Shown piece by piece: positions 59,635 through 64,000 of a DNA stretch of 64,000 nt. Each line of letters begins with the position of its first letter. Position 1 is the first letter of the stretch. A program made the position numbers and the translations under genes. The notes under the pieces are model-generated. The model did not search any database. It worked only from the letters and a program-made list of their open reading frames with translations, and was not told where the DNA came from. The stretch comes from an uncultured Methanosarcinales archaeon (GTDB lineage: Archaea > Nanobdellota > Nanobdellia > Woesearchaeales > CAZYIM01). Where the stretch lies: assembly GCA_964647565.1 (NCBI GenBank), contig CAZYIM010000006.1:1-64000 (forward strand), given 5' to 3'.

Positions 59635-60888
59635 ATGGGCTTTTTTAAGAAAGGCGAATGGAAACTTTTTGGCAAGATCTATTCTGCGATGTTCTTTGGC
59701 ATTGCAATGCCCGATATTGACATTCTCTTGATGCTGTTTTTCTTTGCCAAGGGTTTTTCTGCAACGCAAGTTGGTATTGGTTTTGGCTTACTCTCTTTGT
59801 TTGTCATCATTTCTGAAGTTCCTACAGGAGCAATTGCAGACCTTTACGGAAAAAAAGTTTCGATTCAGATCCATTGGCTTGTCCACGGCATCTCCACTAT
59901 CATGTTCTTCTTTGTGACAGAACCCTGGCATATGTGGATACTGTTTTCGATCTGGGGCATATCCCAAACATTTGCGTCAGGGGCATTAGATGCCTTACCT
60001 GTTGATATCGCTTCGGAGGCCAAGAGAAAGGATCTGATCAAGGAATTCTACTCCAAGATGTTTATTGTTTGCAGACTTGCCATGTCAGTCAGCTACTTTC
60101 TGAGCCTGGGATTCCTTTTATTGGTGGGCTCAACAAATACATATCAGTTCCTTGGGGAAAGACAAGGACTTGATTTCCTCTGGTTCACAACAGCCTCAGG
60201 TTATTTGGTAGCTTTCTTCATTATATTAAGACTGAAGGAAAAAGTAAAAAAGAAAGCATTCAGTCTCAAAAAAAGTTTCAAAGAAACCTACAAGCAAAGT
60301 ATTGAAGGTATAAAATACTCAAAAAAACATCCTGTGATAAGAAAATTGTTCCTTGCAAGTTTCTTTATGGTTATTGCACAATTGTTTTTTAGTGATATTG
60401 TATTTCAACCGTTTTTAATTGATATAGGATTCAAGGCTGAGAATATCGCCATGCTTATTGCGTTTGCTTCAATCCTGGGTGCAGTCTTCAGCTATATTGC
60501 AAATCACATGGAGAAAAGATTCAGGACAGAAAAACATTTTCTACAGGCAGTAATATTAACCGAGATTTTAATGCTGATATTATTGTTCTTTTTCACAGGT
60601 CCAATATTCAGTATAGTATTCTTCTTTATATATTATAATCTAAAAGATTTAAGATTACCTCTCTGGTCATCTTTCAGCCAACTATTTTATAAAAATGAAC
60701 TAAGAGCAACCATAGGATCTGTGGGCAGTATTTTTAATCATTTAGGTAATGTTATTTTCATCCCGTTGATTGGCTTCTTAGTAGACAATATAGGTGCCAA
60801 ATCAACAACAGTCATAGGAATATTGCCATTCTTTATAGTATTCTTTGTCCTCAGATCTATTAGACATGAAAAACGTATAGAACATTAA
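59635..60888 (+). CDS. MFS transporter
   Basis: EVPTGAIADLYGKK, F.SGA..A and RAT..S; about 12 TM helices. Confidence 0.92.
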   Translation: MGFFKKGEWKLFGKIYSAMFFGIAMPDIDILLMLFFFAKGFSATQVGIGFGLLSLFVIISEVPTGAIADLYGKKVSIQIHWLVHGISTIMFFFVTEPWHMWILFSIWGISQTFASGALDALPVDIASEAKRKDLIKEFYSKMFIVCRLAMSVSYFLSLGFLLLVGSTNTYQFLGERQGLDFLWFTTASGYLVAFFIILRLKEKVKKKAFSLKKSFKETYKQSIEGIKYSKKHPVIRKLFLASFFMVIAQLFFSDIVFQPFLIDIGFKAENIAMLIAFASILGAVFSYIANHMEKRFRTEKHFLQAVILTEILMLILLFFFTGPIFSIVFFFIYYNLKDLRLPLWSSFSQLFYKNELRATIGSVGSIFNHLGNVIFIPLIGFLVDNIGAKSTTVIGILPFFIVFFVLRSIRHEKRIEH

Positions 60889-60930
60889 CCTGTAATAAAA
60901 TTTTTAAACAGTTTGTGATTCTATCTACTT

Positions 60931-61905
60931 ATGATAGTACTAGGCATTGAATCAACAGCACACACATTCGGAGTGAGTGTCATCGATAATAAAAAGGTCT
61001 TATCTAATCATAAGGATTCCTACTCGACTATGAAAGGAGGTATGATACCTGCGAAAGTTGCGGATCATCACATAGAGGTTTGTTCTGATGTTGTTAAGAA
61101 AGCTCTTGAGATTGCCGGGAAATCGATTAAAGATGTTGAATTGATCGCTTATTCAAGATCACCAGGCGTCGGCCATAGTCTAAGAGTGGGTGCGTTTGCT
61201 GCCAGAACATTATCTTTACTTCATGATATTCCTCTTATGGGTGTCAACCATTGTATTGCGCATTTAGAGATAGGCAATATGTTGACTGGCTGTAAAGATC
61301 CTGTGTTGTTATATGCTTCTGGAGCCAATACACAAGTCATTGCCTTTGATGCTCATAAATATCGGGTTTTTGGAGAAACCCTGGATGTTGGTATAGGTAA
61401 TTTTCTAGACACTTTTGGAAGAGATATGGGCCTTGGCTTTCCTGCTGGGCCTGCAATTGATAAGTTGGCAAAGGAAGGGAAGACATACATCAATTTACCT
61501 TACTCTGTGAAGGGGATGGATGTAAGCTTTGCAGGAATGAGAACCAACCTAAAACAGAAGATCGAAAAATTCAGTAAAGAGGATCTGTGCTATTCAGTAC
61601 AAGAAACTGTGTTTGCAATGTTGCTAGAGGTCAGTGAGAGGGCGATGGCACACTGCGATAAGAATGAGTTGCTGCTGGGCGGAGGAGTGGCTTGCAATTC
61701 CCGGTTGAAGGAGATGGCCCAGATTATGTGTGAAGAGAGGGGTAGTAAGTGTTTTATTCCTGAAAATCAGTTTTTGGTTGATAATGCTGCCATGATAGCC
61801 TGGACAGGATTGGTGATGTATAATTCGGGTATAAGGATGAAACTAGAGGACTCAGATATAGATCCTTATGAACGGACTGATGATGTAGACGTTAGTTGGC
61901 GATGA
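60931..61905 (+). CDS. kae1: KEOPS t6A tRNA threonylcarbamoyltransferase Kae1
   Basis: GIESTAHT, VNHCIAHLE, SGANTQ, GGVACN and DNAAMIA motifs. Confidence 0.97.
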   Translation: MIVLGIESTAHTFGVSVIDNKKVLSNHKDSYSTMKGGMIPAKVADHHIEVCSDVVKKALEIAGKSIKDVELIAYSRSPGVGHSLRVGAFAARTLSLLHDIPLMGVNHCIAHLEIGNMLTGCKDPVLLYASGANTQVIAFDAHKYRVFGETLDVGIGNFLDTFGRDMGLGFPAGPAIDKLAKEGKTYINLPYSVKGMDVSFAGMRTNLKQKIEKFSKEDLCYSVQETVFAMLLEVSERAMAHCDKNELLLGGGVACNSRLKEMAQIMCEERGSKCFIPENQFLVDNAAMIAWTGLVMYNSGIRMKLEDSDIDPYERTDDVDVSWR

Positions 61906-61931
61906 GGTGTTAAGTAGATAATTCTTATTTT

Positions 61932-62067
61932 AAAAATAACAGCAGCAATGGCACGGACGCGCTTTATGTAAAAGCGCTCTTTCAAATCCTTTGGATTTGT
62001 AAGCCTTCACCTTCCTTCGGAAGCTGAAGTATTCGCCTTCGGCTCACCCAACCATGCTGTTATTTTT
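61932..62067 (-). repeat. Structured intergenic element, copy B
   Basis: Perfect 13-bp terminal inverted repeat AAAAATAACAGCA/TGCTGTTATTTTT; arms match copy A at 29307. Confidence 0.75.
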
Positions 62068-62086
62068 CCTGGCCGTATTGTGATTT

Positions 62087-62440
62087 TTAGCCTGTTAAGT
62101 CCATTATCAAGAAAGGAGTCTTTATCTTTGGTGTTTTTGTACGACCATTCTTTTCAAGGTTTATTATATCTAATCGTTCAAGTATCTTTATGTCTCTGTC
62201 TACTGCCTGCTTGGTCCTGCCTGTCATCTTGGCCATCACCACTATCGAAGGCGGTTTCTCTTTTCTGATCAGATCTATTAATTCCAATCTTTTAGTCGTA
62301 AAGAATTCTTTAAAGTCGTCATTATCTATGATCAATGAATTATTAGGTAGGTCAATTGTTTCATTAATCGTTGCATCTACAAGGGCCATTATCTGCTGAA
62401 GTTTTCTTTCTCTTTTCTGTTTTGAAAGTCCTTTTTTCAT
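62087..62440 (-). CDS. HTH DNA-binding antitoxin-like protein (HVO_A0114-like)
   Basis: FT.KRLELI..I...P.SI..MA..TGR...V.RD...LE. Confidence 0.8.
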   Translation of the reverse strand: MKKGLSKQKRERKLQQIMALVDATINETIDLPNNSLIIDNDDFKEFFTTKRLELIDLIRKEKPPSIVVMAKMTGRTKQAVDRDIKILERLDIINLEKNGRTKTPKIKTPFLIMDLTG

Positions 62441-62441
62441 T

Positions 62442-62759
62442 TTATTTTCTTAATGATGTTTTATAAAACTCTTTGTATTGTTTAAATTCTGATAGGATCT
62501 TATTGGTATATTTGAATACCAATAATTTTATTGGTAAATGCTCGTCATGTCTTATCGGAATTGGTTTTTTAGTCCTCCATAGCATCTGTTCATGTAAAAA
62601 ACCATGGTAATTATCAACTCTATATATTTGTTTGAAGTTACCATCAATCAAACTTCGATAGTTCAATGCAAATTTGAACATTTGGTTATTTTGCCAAATA
62701 ATTATTATATCGAGTAGGTCATCACGTTCAATGGTGATCGTGTATTTTACTCGTTTCAT
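62442..62759 (-). CDS. Putative toxin (DUF6516/TumE-like)
   Basis: YRVDNYHG..H motif; two-gene unit with the HTH gene. Confidence 0.65.
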   Translation of the reverse strand: MKRVKYTITIERDDLLDIIIIWQNNQMFKFALNYRSLIDGNFKQIYRVDNYHGFLHEQMLWRTKKPIPIRHDEHLPIKLLVFKYTNKILSEFKQYKEFYKTSLRK

Positions 62760-62898
62760 TCTTCACAAGCATCACCATCCTAATCTAACAGTAAACATAA
62801 AATGATGACGTTTTATATAAATTTATCGTTTTTAAGAGTTTGAATTTAAAGCTTAAATAAAGTTATCATAGAATGATCGGAAAGATTCCGGAGAAAAG

Positions 62899-63852
62899 TT
62901 ATGGTAGGCTATTTATTGTTAATTCTTCCTCTACAAATAAATATTCGAAGTTTTTTAGCTTGACTTCCGACTTTATATTATCTATCAGTTCTAAGAGTTC
63001 CTTTGCACTTTTGAACTCCGCCTCAAACTCAAGATCATACTTGCCGTATGCCTCTGTAATATAGATCACACTCGGCATCTCTTTTAGTAAATTGACCAAT
63101 GCATATTTATTATTATAATCCATAAGTTGAATCAAGACCTTATAATGATCATAGCCTAATTCAGATACGCCCACTTCTGCCCGGAACCCAAGAATTACTT
63201 TTTGTTTTTGAAGAGCCTCTAATCTATACTTGATTGCATTTACAGAAACATCAAGTTTATTTGCCAAGTTGGTTAAAGACATCCGGCCGTCTTCGAATAA
63301 AAGCATTATCATCTTTCTTGAAATTGGATCAAGTTCAAAGTTGTTCTTATTCTTGCCAACAACATAGTTCACATGGTGTGTGTTGATGGTCGGGAAAAGG
63401 TAATTATGAGGTAAGTGATGGATGTTTTTCAACATGTTAAAGCTTAGTTCATCAATGTATGTGCTATATTTTTTCATCAAAAGATCATATGTGTTAAAGA
63501 AGTCTTGGGATTCCTTGGCAGCAATGATTAAGGAAAGATCCCATCTGCCTGCGAACTTGACAATCCAGACCACCGAAGGGATTTTCCTTATATCTTGTAT
63601 GAATTCTTCTTTTTCCTGATCTGTTATTGACTTGAAGCTTAACAATATCCTGTAGTTGGTGCAACCAAGGGCTGTTTCATCAATTATAGGGATTATTTGT
63701 TTGAGATAGCCTTCTTTTTTTAATCGTTCTAGACGGTAGTGCAGTACTTCCTTGGATACGCCTATTCGTTTTGCTAAGGAAATCTTACTTGCTCTGCCGT
63801 CTGTGAAGAGTTCTAGTAGTAATTTCTTATCTTTAACGTCTAATTTTAACAT
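62899..63852 (-). CDS. Lrp/AsnC-family regulator with two tandem units
   Basis: LDVKDKKLL.EL..DGR..HYRLERL and a second LDP...DGR..KYRLEAL unit. Confidence 0.9.
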   Translation of the reverse strand: MLKLDVKDKKLLLELFTDGRASKISLAKRIGVSKEVLHYRLERLKKEGYLKQIIPIIDETALGCTNYRILLSFKSITDQEKEEFIQDIRKIPSVVWIVKFAGRWDLSLIIAAKESQDFFNTYDLLMKKYSTYIDELSFNMLKNIHHLPHNYLFPTINTHHVNYVVGKNKNNFELDPISRKMIMLLFEDGRMSLTNLANKLDVSVNAIKYRLEALQKQKVILGFRAEVGVSELGYDHYKVLIQLMDYNNKYALVNLLKEMPSVIYITEAYGKYDLEFEAEFKSAKELLELIDNIKSEVKLKNFEYLFVEEELTINSLP

Positions 63853-63902
63853 TTTTGAAGTAAAAATAAGTAATTACTTCAAATATATAAATTTTTCGAT
63901 AA

Positions 63903-63940
63903 AAAGTTTTATATATTAGTTTTCATTTTATAGTAGTAAC
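63903..63940 (+). promoter_or_regulatory. BRE/TATA promoter with TAGTAGTAAC box
   Basis: TTTATATA (63908) - 15 nt - TAGTAGTAAC (63931); same spacing as 13741-13773. Confidence 0.65.
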
Positions 63941-64000
63941 TTGTTCGACCGAACCGGTTGTGGGCTTCCTTACTAGAGGGAGTATAAGGGGCTCTTACCC

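Noticed and set aside
29307..62067. Calling the hairpin elements a bona fide integron or CALIN
   Set aside because: There is no integrase, the elements are dispersed beside housekeeping genes, and the L/R box spacing does not fit the canonical attC. Kept only as a hypothesis.

Overview
AT-rich archaeal chromosome segment, most likely from a DPANN (Woesearchaeota-like) organism. This is inferred from split rpoA and rpoB, double-unit Lrp/AsnC regulators, an orphan PEP-utiliser protein and many leaderless genes. Core content: guaA; the rpoH-B''-B'-A'-A''-L30e-nusA-S12 operon; hsp20-grpE-dnaK-dnaJ; ilvE; nadB; kae1; three toxin-antitoxin pairs; and many hypothetical genes. The most notable non-coding structure is: (1) three tRNA genes carrying 2, 3 and 2 introns, two of which are homologous T-loop introns; (2) a 119-bp tandem repeat that duplicates the 5' end of tRNA-Asp; (3) two copies of an unannotated structured intergenic element with conserved, covarying arms and unrelated interiors; (4) a methyltransferase gene bracketed by TTTTTACACA repeat clusters, including a recombinase-core-like palindrome; (5) an identical TATA-15 nt-TAGTAGTAAC promoter facing away from both Lrp genes. 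A translationally coupled RaSEA-like radical SAM, deaminase and Cys-rich protein operon is a candidate new base-modification system. Several apparent frameshifts probably reflect homopolymer sequencing errors. All calls are by eye; no searches were run.
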